Translations under genes and position numbers: made by a program
In this document: positions 18,544 to 30,480 of the stretch, one piece after another
Numbering within the stretch: position 1 is the stretch's first letter
Layout: each line of letters opens with the position of its first letter
The notes under the pieces: model-generated
Told to the model about the DNA's origin: nothing
What the model saw: the letters and a program-made list of their open reading frames with translations, nothing else
Database searches by the model: none
Sequence record: DRR723986_4214
Direction: 5' to 3' (one strand)
Length of the DNA stretch: 47,364 nt

Positions 18544-20547
18544 ATGCTTTCATCGCAAAAAATCGGGCTGTTGCGTGCACTCATTGCCAACAGCGGCATC
18601 ATTTCGCTTCACTCACGCGCTTTACTGGTTTGCGTTACCGCTTTGCTGGCACTGTCCCTGTGCATCTATGCCATTTTGAATAATCAGATCAGTGAGCAAC
18701 TGGCTGAACGTATGGACCAACTGCTTACCGCAAAAGCACAGGCCATTGATCACACCGACCACTCGGGGCACGACCACACCCTGGCCATGACGCCGGTGTA
18801 TTACCACTCCGGCGATCTGGAAGATGCGCAAGGCACCTTGCACTGGCCTAAAGATTGCGAACCTTCCCACCCCCCCTCGGCATCGAGAATTCATCGATTC
18901 AAGTGTGAAAACGGTGTACGCCTGCATGCACTCCAGGCAAGGCTGCCTCGCGAGCAGGCCACACACCAAACGATTACCTTGTGGGCCACGCACTCGACAA
19001 GCAGCACACCACTCAGCATGCGGGCCGAAGAGGCACTTGGCCTTGCTGTGCTGGTATTGCTGATCAGTACCTTGTGCAGCCGCTGGATCAGCCAGTCCAT
19101 CACGCACCCCTTGGGGGAAATCACCACCAGCGCCCAACTTATGGCTGAAGGTAATTACGACTGGCGCCTTCCCGACAGCTCCATCCGCGAAATCAACCAA
19201 TTGGCGTCCACATTCAACCGGATGGCAAAAAGTCTGCAAGAACGTGACAAGGTGATTCGTCGCACTGCCTACAAAGATCAATTGACCGGACTGGACAACC
19301 GCGCCTATTTGACGCTTGCCTTGCGAGAGCGCACACAATGCGCACGTGAACCATTGAGTATTTTGATTTGGGGCATCGATAACCTCGACAGCATTAACGA
19401 GGTACTCGGGCACGATGTTGCGGACAAGGTCTTGGTCAAAGTGGCACGCAAGGCCAGTCGCATTTGCCGTGAAAACCTCGTCATTGCCAGACTCGAAGGC
19501 AATATCTTCTGCATGCTAATGCCACGAAAACTGCTGGAAAGCATGCTGAAAAAACACACATTAAAGCGTATTTTACAGGGCTCACTGCGCGTACAAAACT
19601 ATCAACTGGACATTCAAAGCCACGCTGGCCTTGCACATTATCCTGAACATGGCCAATGCCCTGAAACACTCATGCGCCGGGCAGAAATCGCACGCCAACT
19701 GGCCAAGAAAACACGCCAGACCAACATCGTTTTCGAGGCTCGGCTTGAACAGCGCTCAGCCAATCGCCTTGAACTGATTGCGCAACTGCGCAAAGCAATC
19801 ATTGACAACGAGTTTTGCCTGTTTTTTCAACCCAAATTAAACCTGCGCACCAACAACATTAACCAGGCAGAAGTGTTGTTGCGCTGGAACCACCCTGTTC
19901 ATGGCTTGATTGCACCAGGCGCCTTTATTGAACTTGCCGAGCAAACCGGCATGATCCGCGACATCACTCGCCTGGTGATCAAACAAACCTACGCCATCAT
20001 CAATCTTTGTGCCAATCAAAACATCAGGCTGTCGCTCAACCTTTCGGCCATGGACCTGGAAGACTCCGGACTGATTGATTTCATGCACCACATGCATGAA
20101 CAGCAACCGGAGGCCTCTCGCCACATCGTGCTGGAAATCACTGAAAGCGCCGCCATGCGGGATCCCGAACAGGCCTTGGACGCACTCAATCAACTGGCCG
20201 CCATGCATTTTCAGATCGCTGTGGACGACTTTGGCACTGGCTACTCCTCTCTGGCCTATCTGAAACGCTTCCCGGTCACCGAGTTGAAAATTGACCGCTC
20301 ACTGGTGCAGGGCGCAGACCTGGACATGGATGGACAGATCATTCTTGAATCCACCATCGAAATGGGCCACATCATGGGCTTGCTGGTCACCACTGAAGGC
20401 GTGGAAACCCAGTCTGAATACGAATTGGTCAAAAAACTGGGGGCCGATTATGTCCAAGGCTTCTGGTTGTCCAAACCCATGCCGTTTGAGGAATTCAAAC
20501 TGAAACACCTGGTGGGTAACCACGACCAGCTGGTTCAACACCTCTAA
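18544..20547 (+). CDS. Membrane HAMP-GGDEF(degenerate)-EAL protein, probable c-di-GMP phosphodiesterase
   Basis: 2 TM segments, HAMP (ITHPL...EINQLASTFNRM), DQLTGLDNR, ARLEGNIF in place of GGDEF, EVLLRW, LEITES, DDFGTGYSSL, LKIDRS, EGVET and QGF motifs. Confidence 0.9.
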   Translation: MLSSQKIGLLRALIANSGIISLHSRALLVCVTALLALSLCIYAILNNQISEQLAERMDQLLTAKAQAIDHTDHSGHDHTLAMTPVYYHSGDLEDAQGTLHWPKDCEPSHPPSASRIHRFKCENGVRLHALQARLPREQATHQTITLWATHSTSSTPLSMRAEEALGLAVLVLLISTLCSRWISQSITHPLGEITTSAQLMAEGNYDWRLPDSSIREINQLASTFNRMAKSLQERDKVIRRTAYKDQLTGLDNRAYLTLALRERTQCAREPLSILIWGIDNLDSINEVLGHDVADKVLVKVARKASRICRENLVIARLEGNIFCMLMPRKLLESMLKKHTLKRILQGSLRVQNYQLDIQSHAGLAHYPEHGQCPETLMRRAEIARQLAKKTRQTNIVFEARLEQRSANRLELIAQLRKAIIDNEFCLFFQPKLNLRTNNINQAEVLLRWNHPVHGLIAPGAFIELAEQTGMIRDITRLVIKQTYAIINLCANQNIRLSLNLSAMDLEDSGLIDFMHHMHEQQPEASRHIVLEITESAAMRDPEQALDALNQLAAMHFQIAVDDFGTGYSSLAYLKRFPVTELKIDRSLVQGADLDMDGQIILESTIEMGHIMGLLVTTEGVETQSEYELVKKLGADYVQGFWLSKPMPFEEFKLKHLVGNHDQLVQHL

Positions 20548-20646
20548 AGCGTTCAAATACCGCGTCAAATTTGGTTGTATTTGACCCGAGTCCCGTCTGC
20601 TTCGATATGATGTGGGCATGACAATTCACACATTCAAAGCATCACC

Positions 20647-22254
20647 GTGAAAATGAAACAGTTCGATGTCGCCATCATTGGCAGTGGTTTGGCTGGACTC
20701 ACCACCGCCTTGCAATTGGCCGACAAACTCAAAGTGGCCATTGTTTGCAAACGCTCGGTTTCCGACTCGGCAAGCCGTTGGGCCCAAGGCGGCATTGCCG
20801 CGGTGCGCGACCCGGCTGATAGCGTGGCCGAACATGTGCAAGACACCCTGGTCGCCGGTGGTGGCCTGTGTGAACGGGATGCAGTGCAGTTCATTCTGGA
20901 AAATGCATCGAAATCGATTGACTGGCTGGTTGAACAGGGGGTGCCCTTCTCGCGCGAAGACGAAGAAGGCCCCAGCAACACCGAACCCAACGGATTCCAC
21001 CTGACCCGGGAAGGCGGGCACAGCCGCAGGCGAATTCTGCATGTGGCCGATGCTACAGGCGACGCGGTACAAACCACGCTGGAAGCCAAAGCGCGCAACC
21101 ACCCCAACATTCAATTGTTTGAGCACCACATGGTGATCGACCTGATCACCGGTGACCGGCTGAGCGAGAAAAAAGCCGGTATCCTGGGCGCCTATATTCT
21201 CGACGAGCAATCGCAACGCGTACTCACCCTGACCTGCCCGTACATCGTGCTCGCCTGCGGCGGGGCGGGCAAAGTGTACAACTACACCACCAACCCCGAC
21301 ACAGCCACAGGTGACGGCATCGCGATGGCCTGGCGGGCAGGCTGTCGAATTGCCAATATGGAGTTCATCCAGTTTCACCCCACCTGCCTTTACCATCCTT
21401 ACGCCAAAAGCTTTTTGATTACCGAAGCAGTGCGAGGCGAAGGTGGTTTGCTGAAACTGCCCGATGGCACACGCTTCATGCCCGAGCACGACGAAAGGGC
21501 GGAACTTGCACCGCGCGATGTCGTGGCGCGCGCCATTGACTTTGAAATGAAAAAACGCGGTCTGGATTGCGTATACCTGGACATCAGTCACGAACCGGCA
21601 GAGAAACTGAAAAAACATTTCCCTACCATCTACAAACGCTGTCTCGAACTGGGTATCGACATCACCAAGCAAGGTATCCCTGTCGTGCCAGCAGCGCATT
21701 ACACTTGCGGTGGCGTGGTGACCGATCACAACGCCCGCACTGACATTCCCGGGCTGTATGCCGTGGGCGAAACCGCCTACACCGGCCTGCACGGTGCCAA
21801 TCGTCTGGCCAGCAACAGCTTGCTGGAGTGCGTAGTGCTGGGGCAAGCCGCCGCCAATCATATTTTGACCAAACCACACCGCGAAACCATGGGTTTGCCC
21901 GATTGGGATGAAAGCCGGGTTACCGATCCGGATGAGGAAGTGGTGATTTCCCACAACTGGGCTGAACTTCGCCAGACCATGTGGAACTACGTGGGCATTG
22001 TGAGAACCGACAAACGCTTGGAACGCGCCCAGCACCGTATCCAGTTGCTTCGTGAGGAGATTCTGGAGTTTTACAGCAACTTCCGTGTCAGCCGCGATTT
22101 GCTCGAATTACGCAACCTGGTGGATGTGGCCGATTTGATCGTAACAAGCGCACTAAGCCGCAAAGAAAGCCGTGGTCTGCATTTCAGCGCTGACTATCCG
22201 GGCACCCTGCCGAAGGCATTTCCCACTGTGCTACAACGACCGAAGAAGAAGTGA
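20647..22254 (+). CDS. nadB: L-aspartate oxidase
   Basis: [45 protein letters not shown] and [15 protein letters not shown] motifs; start GTG 20647 or ATG 20653. Confidence 0.96.
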   Translation: MKMKQFDVAIIGSGLAGLTTALQLADKLKVAIVCKRSVSDSASRWAQGGIAAVRDPADSVAEHVQDTLVAGGGLCERDAVQFILENASKSIDWLVEQGVPFSREDEEGPSNTEPNGFHLTREGGHSRRRILHVADATGDAVQTTLEAKARNHPNIQLFEHHMVIDLITGDRLSEKKAGILGAYILDEQSQRVLTLTCPYIVLACGGAGKVYNYTTNPDTATGDGIAMAWRAGCRIANMEFIQFHPTCLYHPYAKSFLITEAVRGEGGLLKLPDGTRFMPEHDERAELAPRDVVARAIDFEMKKRGLDCVYLDISHEPAEKLKKHFPTIYKRCLELGIDITKQGIPVVPAAHYTCGGVVTDHNARTDIPGLYAVGETAYTGLHGANRLASNSLLECVVLGQAAANHILTKPHRETMGLPDWDESRVTDPDEEVVISHNWAELRQTMWNYVGIVRTDKRLERAQHRIQLLREEILEFYSNFRVSRDLLELRNLVDVADLIVTSALSRKESRGLHFSADYPGTLPKAFPTVLQRPKKK

Positions 22255-22372
22255 AAGCAGTTTTTATTGGCAACCCGGCGGGTATTCATGGCCCACCCTG
22301 AGCATGTTTATCTCCCCATCGGCAAATGTGAATGGCATGCTCGGCAGTGGACTAAAAAACAGCAATTCGCGC

Positions 22373-23239
22373 TTAGTCCAGAACTCGAAGCGAGAAGTCC
22401 ACCGCCGTGATGTCTTTTGTTAACGACCCGATCGAAATTCGATCAACACCGGTCTCGGCAATGGCACGCACCGTGTGCTCATTTACTCCGCCCGAGGCCT
22501 CCAGAATGGCCCTGCCTTTGTTCACCTCAACGGCCACACGCATGGCTTCCAGTCCAAAGTTGTCCAGCAACACTGACTTGGCACCGGCCTGCAAGGCTTC
22601 TTCAAGCTGAACCAGACTTTCAACTTCGATTTGCACACTCACATGCGGCGCACCCAAAGCATCGGCATTGGCCAGAACCGGAGCAATTCCCCCTGCGGCA
22701 GCAATGTGGTTTTCCTTGATCAAAATACCGTCATACAACGCCAAACGCTGGTTCAAACCGCCCCCTACACGCACTGCATACTTCTGCGCCAAACGCATAC
22801 CCGGCAGGGTTTTTCGGGTATCCAGGATCGATGCCTTGGTACCCTCGATCAGGCGTACAAAATGGCGTGTTCGGGTGGCCACTGCGGAAAGCAGCTGCAA
22901 ATAATTCATCGCAGATCGCTCGGCGGTCAACAGTGGACGGGCCAGGGCATCAATCTCACACACCACCGTGCCAGCCTGAACTTCATACCCTTCCGGCACT
23001 TGCCAACGCACCAAGGCATCCGGGCACAGTGCGTTAAACACACCGTTGAACCAGTCCTGTCCACACACCACCGCTTTGTCACGGCACAGTAGCTGCGCCC
23101 TGCATCGCTTGCCCTCTGGCACCAACAAACCGGTCCAGTCAGTATTGCCCATGTCCTCGGCAATGGCATCATGCACATTTTTTAGCAAAGCCAGCTCAAG
23201 CGCCGGTCCAAACGATTGAAAGAGTTCTGAGCGGCTCAT
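22373..23239 (-). CDS. nadC: Nicotinate-nucleotide pyrophosphorylase (quinolinate PRTase)
   Basis: [34 protein letters not shown] and ISIGSLT motifs. Confidence 0.96.
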   Translation of the reverse strand: MSRSELFQSFGPALELALLKNVHDAIAEDMGNTDWTGLLVPEGKRCRAQLLCRDKAVVCGQDWFNGVFNALCPDALVRWQVPEGYEVQAGTVVCEIDALARPLLTAERSAMNYLQLLSAVATRTRHFVRLIEGTKASILDTRKTLPGMRLAQKYAVRVGGGLNQRLALYDGILIKENHIAAAGGIAPVLANADALGAPHVSVQIEVESLVQLEEALQAGAKSVLLDNFGLEAMRVAVEVNKGRAILEASGGVNEHTVRAIAETGVDRISIGSLTKDITAVDFSLRVLD

Positions 23240-24387
23240 GCTGGACCCACTCCCTTGTGCGCCTGTTCCAGGCGACCCTGACCACGCGGCCCTGAAATAC
23301 CATGTGTTTTCGCGAAATCCAGCATTCGGTCGATGCAGCGGTAAGCCTGTTGGCCCAGCGCGGCGTCCACATGCACCTCGCCCAGGCCAGTATCAAACCC
23401 GGTCTTCAATACATCGCGCAGGTTTTTCAAACCATTCATGGCCATCCAGGGGCAATGGGCGCAGCTTTTGCAAGTGGCTGAATTACCTGCGGTAGGCGCT
23501 TCAATCAACGTTTTACCCGGTGCGAACTGACGCATTTTATGAAGAATGCCGTTGTCAGTGGCCACAATATAGGTATCCACACCCGGGGTTTGTGTCGCCT
23601 TGATCAACTGGGTGGTGGAACCCACCACATCGGCCAATGCAACCACATCGGCGGGTGATTCCGGGTGCACCAACACCATGGCCTGCGGGTGCTGGGCTTT
23701 TAGCATCTTGAGTTCTTCGGCCTTGAATTCGTCATGTACCAGACAGGAGCCCTGCCACAGCAACATATCGGCGCCAGTCTGTTTTTGAATGTATTGCCCC
23801 AAATGCCGATCAGGTGCCCAAATCAGCTTTTTCCCCTGTGCATGCAAATGGCCCACGATGTCCAAGGCAATACTGGAAGTCACCATCCAGTCTGCGCGTG
23901 CTTTCACAGCCGCACTGGTGTTGGCATACACCACCACCGTGCGATCGGGGTGTTGATCACAAAACGAATTGAATTCTTCGGAGGGGCATCCCAGGTCCAG
24001 TGAACAAGTGGCATCCAGGTCTGGCATGAACACACGCTTCTCGGGGTTCAAAATCTTGCTGGTCTCCCCCATGAATCGCACGCCCGCCACCACCAGGTTC
24101 TGCTGCTTGCTCTCGCGCCCAAAACGCGCCATTTCCAGGGAATCAGAGACACAACCGCCAGTTTCTTCAGCCAGATCCTGCAACTCGGAATCCACATAAT
24201 AATGCGCCACCAACACCGCATCACGGGCTTTTAGCAAAGCCTTGATCTCCGCCTTCAAGGCGGCCCTTTCATCGGGTCCGGGCTGCTGCGGAACACGAGC
24301 CCAAGCCTGGGACGGTTTACAACTGGTGGAGGGGCTGGCCTGTGAGGGCAAATCGAACTCTACGGGCTTGATGTCTACTTGATTCAC
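23236..24387 (-). CDS. nadA: Quinolinate synthase A
   Basis: [42 protein letters not shown] and CAHCPWM motifs; likely GTG start at 24387 (uncertain). Confidence 0.95.
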   Translation of the reverse strand: MNQVDIKPVEFDLPSQASPSTSCKPSQAWARVPQQPGPDERAALKAEIKALLKARDAVLVAHYYVDSELQDLAEETGGCVSDSLEMARFGRESKQQNLVVAGVRFMGETSKILNPEKRVFMPDLDATCSLDLGCPSEEFNSFCDQHPDRTVVVYANTSAAVKARADWMVTSSIALDIVGHLHAQGKKLIWAPDRHLGQYIQKQTGADMLLWQGSCLVHDEFKAEELKMLKAQHPQAMVLVHPESPADVVALADVVGSTTQLIKATQTPGVDTYIVATDNGILHKMRQFAPGKTLIEAPTAGNSATCKSCAHCPWMAMNGLKNLRDVLKTGFDTGLGEVHVDAALGQQAYRCIDRMLDFAKTHGISGPRGQGRLEQAHKGVGPA

Positions 24388-24596
24388 GGAACACTCGGTA
24401 AGTGACAAGGAAAGCCAGCATTTTACTCCCTTGGCCCCAGAAAATCCCGGGAATCCAGAACGAAGGGCGATCTGAACTTTCGAGCGACCCCAGTCACTCA
24501 AGGGAAGCATTTTCATTAATGCGACAGCGCTCGTTGCCCAAATGCCCGAAGCACGTTGTCTTTTTAGCCCTCATCAATACTCTTGGAGCACTCCAC

Positions 24597-25184
24597 ATGT
24601 TGAAGCAATCCCTTAAATCCTTGTCCATTCTGGCTGCATTGTTGTCCATGCACTCAGTTGCACAGGCCACCTGTCAAGGCAATGACTGTCAAGTTGAAAT
24701 CGATGCCAATGTTGAATTTGACAGCAGCTATTACCTCAGCCCAAACCACAACGGCATTTTCATTCAAAGCAACACCGGCACCAATGCGGCAATCGTTGAT
24801 CTGCAAAACGTGGTCATGCGCGACAACGGCGATATCACCGGTTCAGCCCAGGCTGTGGGCAACAACATTGCCATTTCTCTCAGTTCATCATCCAAAGTAC
24901 CTGTTCGCCATGTGTCCCAAAGCAACTATGGCGATCAACTGGCGTCAGTCAACCTGTCCCAGCGCAGCACATCAAAAACCGGCGAAGTCCTTGTAGAAGC
25001 AGTTTCAATTGGCAACAACTTCAGCCTGAACCTCGACAACACCAGCCTGGCCGAATTGTCAGTGGCCCAATGCAACGTCAGCGACAACGTGGCTGTGGCT
25101 GAATACCGTTGGGATCCAACCCGCCTCACAGCGTCAGCTACCGCAGTTGGCAACAACATTTCAATTGGCGGCGCGCGTCCTTAA
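24597..25184 (+). CDS. Secreted Asn/Gln/Ser-rich repeat protein, HfaD-like / curlin-like
   Basis: GGAG RBS and ATG 24597; Sec signal ending AQA; three repeats QxN...AxAxGNN[IF]x[IL]; first gene of the operon with the HfaA- and HfaB-like genes. Confidence 0.65.
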   Translation: MLKQSLKSLSILAALLSMHSVAQATCQGNDCQVEIDANVEFDSSYYLSPNHNGIFIQSNTGTNAAIVDLQNVVMRDNGDITGSAQAVGNNIAISLSSSSKVPVRHVSQSNYGDQLASVNLSQRSTSKTGEVLVEAVSIGNNFSLNLDNTSLAELSVAQCNVSDNVAVAEYRWDPTRLTASATAVGNNISIGGARP

Positions 25185-25282
25185 TTGAACTTTTTTGCCT
25201 CAAGTGACAACCCACAGCCAAAGGTCGCTTGGGGCACCTTACCCCCGCAAAACTCATCCAGAAACACCCAGGAAACCGTCAA

Positions 25283-25603
25283 ATGAAATTACTCAAGCTT
25301 TGCTTTGTCACTCTAGCCCTGGGCCTTGGTAACGCACACGCACAAACATTTGAAGGCAATGTCAGCTCGTTCGAAACACCTTTCGGTATGCGCAGCATCA
25401 CCGACATTGACTCACCCGCAGGCACTCGCCGCGACGCGAACTTTAACCGCACCCAAGTTGAATCACCAGGCTGGGGATTTACCTCCACGGCGATTGGAAA
25501 CTTGATCAATGTGCAAACCGAAGGCAACAACAACACCATCGTCATTAACGCCACCCAGATCAACAACGGCTCTCAAAACGCGTCGATCGACGGCGGCTTC
25601 TGA
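25283..25603 (+). CDS. Holdfast anchoring protein HfaA-like (small secreted amyloid-like protein)
   Basis: Signal peptide ending AHA; C-terminal STAIGNLINVQTEGNNNTIVINATQINNG resembles the HfaA AIGNxLNVxxxGxxNTVIVNxxQxNxG segment. Confidence 0.72.
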   Translation: MKLLKLCFVTLALGLGNAHAQTFEGNVSSFETPFGMRSITDIDSPAGTRRDANFNRTQVESPGWGFTSTAIGNLINVQTEGNNNTIVINATQINNGSQNASIDGGF

Positions 25604-25643
25604 TCCAAAGTCACTTACTGCTCTTGAATACAAAAGGCCCACT

Positions 25644-26792
25644 ATGCTTCGCTATCCGCTTCGAAAATCTGCATTTATCTCGGTGCTTGCCGCATCGGCC
25701 AGTGCATGCACAACGCTGCCTTCCTTCAGCGAAGCGCAGTACGTGAGTCCCTTCGACGGAGCAAGCGTAGTGGAAAACACAACCCGCTACAGCCCGGCAC
25801 TGGAATGCCTAAAGCCGCTGATAGGCGGGCGAGGTCCCAATGCAAAACGCTTTGCTGTTGGACGGGTCAGTGATTTCACGGGCAAAGAGGACCTGGTCAA
25901 CGGAAAACGAATCACACAAGGCGCAGCGTTGATGGTGATTTCTGCGTTGGCAAAAACAGGAGTTCCTATGGTTGAGCGTTTCGACACCTCAATTGCCGAC
26001 ATGGAATTGAAATACGCTGACAACAAACTGATCACTGACAACCCGGACAGCAAAGCACATCGACAAATTTTTTCGGGTTCGCTGCCAGGCTCTGACTATC
26101 ACATCGTGGGGGGCATCACCGAAGTAAACTACAACATTCGCAGTGGCAGTCTGGAGTCATCCATTCGCTTCATCGGCGCCGCAGCTCGCTACTTTGTCAT
26201 GAATGTGGCCGTTGATTTGCGTGTAGTGAATACCAAAACACTTGAAGTGGTGAACATACAAAGCCTTCAAAAACAGATTATTGGTACTGAGTTGAATGGG
26301 GGTTACTTCCGCCTGTTCAGCGATGGTCTGGTCGATGTCAACGCCGCTGAACGGACGCAAGAACCAATTCAAAAAGGTGTTCGAATGGTGATTGAACACG
26401 CCGTGTTCAACATGTTGACCGAGATGAACAAGGTGCCAGCGCAAGACTGCGCAAGATTGAGCACTGCAAAATCCGGTGAGCAGCATGGCCATCAATCGAA
26501 CACGGTAGCCAAACAGCGCAGCAACAATTCAATTGTGCTGACACCACCCCCTGCATCAAACCCGGCTCAGCAAGCGCCGAGCATTCTGATTGACCCCTAC
26601 ACGGGTGAAATCATTCGCGAAGCAAGCAGTGAGAACCCAGTCGTTTCGTCCTCGCAAAGCGAGGTAACTGAATTGAAAGGTTTGTTTGGTCAAAACAGCA
26701 ATGCTCAAACCACATCTCAAGAGTCAAGCGGCAACACCACCCGTGAAATGCAGGAGAAACTGCTGTGGGGTAGCCGCCCCCAAATTCGCTGA
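25644..26792 (+). CDS. HfaB / CsgG-family outer-membrane lipoprotein
   Basis: Lipobox ASAC; AVGRVSDFTGK, ITQGAALMVISALAK, VERFDTSIADMELKYADNKLI, GGITEVNYNIRS, DLRVVNTKTLEVV, SLQKQIIG and EPIQ motifs of the CsgG/HfaB family. Confidence 0.85.
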   Translation: MLRYPLRKSAFISVLAASASACTTLPSFSEAQYVSPFDGASVVENTTRYSPALECLKPLIGGRGPNAKRFAVGRVSDFTGKEDLVNGKRITQGAALMVISALAKTGVPMVERFDTSIADMELKYADNKLITDNPDSKAHRQIFSGSLPGSDYHIVGGITEVNYNIRSGSLESSIRFIGAAARYFVMNVAVDLRVVNTKTLEVVNIQSLQKQIIGTELNGGYFRLFSDGLVDVNAAERTQEPIQKGVRMVIEHAVFNMLTEMNKVPAQDCARLSTAKSGEQHGHQSNTVAKQRSNNSIVLTPPPASNPAQQAPSILIDPYTGEIIREASSENPVVSSSQSEVTELKGLFGQNSNAQTTSQESSGNTTREMQEKLLWGSRPQIR

Positions 26793-26833
26793 TGTCGACA
26801 AACTTCCAGATCACCGCGCCGCCTGCAGTCAGC

Positions 26834-26868
26834 AAAAAAAAGCCTCAAGTTTCCTTGAGGCTTTTTTT
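26834..26868. terminator. Bidirectional rho-independent terminator
   Basis: aaaaaaagcctcaag-tttc-cttgaggcttttttt between the hfaB-like gene and the convergent hemolysin-family gene. Confidence 0.9.
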
Positions 26869-26907
26869 GCGGGTTTATTACCCGGGTTTGTTCACTGGCG
26901 CGTCAGG

Positions 26908-28218
26908 TTATGCAGCCCCATCAGCCTGTGAATTGTCGTCTGTGATGGGTGTCGCCAAGATTTTATCGATTCGCTTTTGGTCCATATCCACCACTTCAAA
27001 TCGCCAACCTTCCCAATCCACGGTGTCTCCGGTGGCAGGCAAGCGCCCGGTCAGTAACATCACCATGCCGCTCAGGGTGTGGTAACGGCCTTTTTCTTCT
27101 TCCGGCACACTCTTGATGTTCAAGGTGTCTTTCAGTTCCAAAATGGCAATGGCACCGTCCAGCAACCAGGAACCGTCTTCGCGCTGCACTGCCCAGGAGT
27201 CCTCCTTGTTGTGCGGAGTAAATTCACCGGTAAGCGCTTCCATCAAATCATGCAAGGTGACAATGCCCTCGAGTTCGCCATACTCGTCGATCACAAAGGC
27301 AATGTCCATGTTGTTGCTGCGGAACTGGGTTAACAGCTCCATGCCCGTCAGGGTTTCAGGCACAAATACACACTGCTGCAAGTTGGTTGAAAAGTCGGGC
27401 ATCTTGCCCTGTGCAGCATAAGCCAAAGCTTGTTTGGCGTGAATTACACCGATCAAGTTGTCCAGGTTGCCGTCGACCACCGGGAAACGAGAGTATTCCG
27501 ATTCAATCACACGCTTCAGATTTTCTTCCTGGGGCAGTCGAATGTCGAGATACAACACATCGGAACGCGGAATCATGAGTGAACCCAGCTGGCGATCGTC
27601 CAAGCGGAACACATTTCGAAGCATGGTGTGCTCACTGCTTTCAATCACGCCCGAAACGGAGCCCTCGTCCAACATGGCATGAATCTCTTCCTCAGTGACA
27701 CCGTTGTCCGTGTTTTCCTTCACACCCATGATGCGCAACAAACCACGTGTGGAAAAAGACAGGAACATCACGAACGGGCGCGTGGCAATTGCAAGAATTT
27801 GCATGGGTCGAGCCACCAAACGGGCAATCACCTCCGGACTGATTTGTCCCAAGCGCTTGGGCACCAGTTCACCCACCACAATCGACACGTATGTAACACC
27901 TACAACAACAATTGCTGTGGATACCACATCGGTCAAGCCGACCTCCAGACCGAAGGTTTGCAACCAAAGTGCCAATGGCTTGGCCAACACAGCCTCACCC
28001 ACGATACCGCTGAGCACACCAATCGATGTAATACCAATTTGTACTGTCGACAAAAACTTGGTGGGATCTTCGGACAACTTCAGCGCAACCGCAGCGGATT
28101 TGTCGCCTTCTGCAGCCAACTTCACCAACCGGGCCTTTCTGGCGGTAACCAGGGCAATCTCGGACATGGCAAACAAGCCATTGGTCACGATAAGACCAAT
28201 CAGAATCAGCACTTCCAT
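26908..28218 (-). CDS. HlyC/CorC (CNNM) family transporter: DUF21 + CBS pair + CorC_HlyC
   Basis: NGLFAMSEIAL, FLSTVQIGIT, GELVPK, YSRFPV, VIDEYG, DGSWLLDG and YHTLSG motifs. Confidence 0.92.
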   Translation of the reverse strand: MEVLILIGLIVTNGLFAMSEIALVTARKARLVKLAAEGDKSAAVALKLSEDPTKFLSTVQIGITSIGVLSGIVGEAVLAKPLALWLQTFGLEVGLTDVVSTAIVVVGVTYVSIVVGELVPKRLGQISPEVIARLVARPMQILAIATRPFVMFLSFSTRGLLRIMGVKENTDNGVTEEEIHAMLDEGSVSGVIESSEHTMLRNVFRLDDRQLGSLMIPRSDVLYLDIRLPQEENLKRVIESEYSRFPVVDGNLDNLIGVIHAKQALAYAAQGKMPDFSTNLQQCVFVPETLTGMELLTQFRSNNMDIAFVIDEYGELEGIVTLHDLMEALTGEFTPHNKEDSWAVQREDGSWLLDGAIAILELKDTLNIKSVPEEEKGRYHTLSGMVMLLTGRLPATGDTVDWEGWRFEVVDMDQKRIDKILATPITDDNSQADGAA

Positions 28219-28422
28219 GTCGACACTCCTTGATTCAAGGGCGAAACGAAGGCGTCAAGCACAAGGCTTGTTTGAGCATTGGCGGGCAGGAAGAACTTAG
28301 AAAAACGACGCGCAATAAGCGCTTTGAAGGGGGTTGCCGGTGAGGGCAGGGGGAAGTTTGAGCAACTTCGACAACTGGAACTATCCATATACGGTCGGGA
28401 AAGGCCCGAGCACTCCTATCAG

Positions 28423-28464
28423 AAAAAAACACCGCCTAATCGTACAAAGACGAGGGGGCGGTGT
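28423..28464 (-). terminator. Rho-independent terminator of thiC
   Basis: acaccgcc/ggcggtgt outer stem with tcgt/acga inner stem, followed by a T-run on the minus strand, ~20 bp after the thiC stop. Confidence 0.75.
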
Positions 28465-28482
28465 CAATTTTTCTTTTAAAAA

Positions 28483-30399
<1,917 letters not shown>

Positions 30400-30480
30400 T
30401 CATACTCCTGTTGGGCGTAAATCGTATTGTGCCGGGTGCATGAACATTCCACCCAGCCAAGCCCTTGGAGCCAAGCCAGT

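Noticed and set aside
20626-22035. 469-aa minus-strand ORF
   Set aside because: Antisense shadow of nadB, typical of biased codon usage; no motifs.
24388-24596. Long N-terminal extensions of nadA (from 24516) and the hfaD-like gene (from 24402), or a riboswitch in the divergent spacer
   Set aside because: The extensions overlap each other; the signal peptide and RBS support ATG 24597. No c-di-GMP or other riboswitch consensus was recognised.
28219-28422. yybP-ykoY or other metal riboswitch upstream of the HlyC/CorC gene
   Set aside because: The leader is long, but no consensus aptamer motifs could be identified by eye; it needs an Rfam scan.
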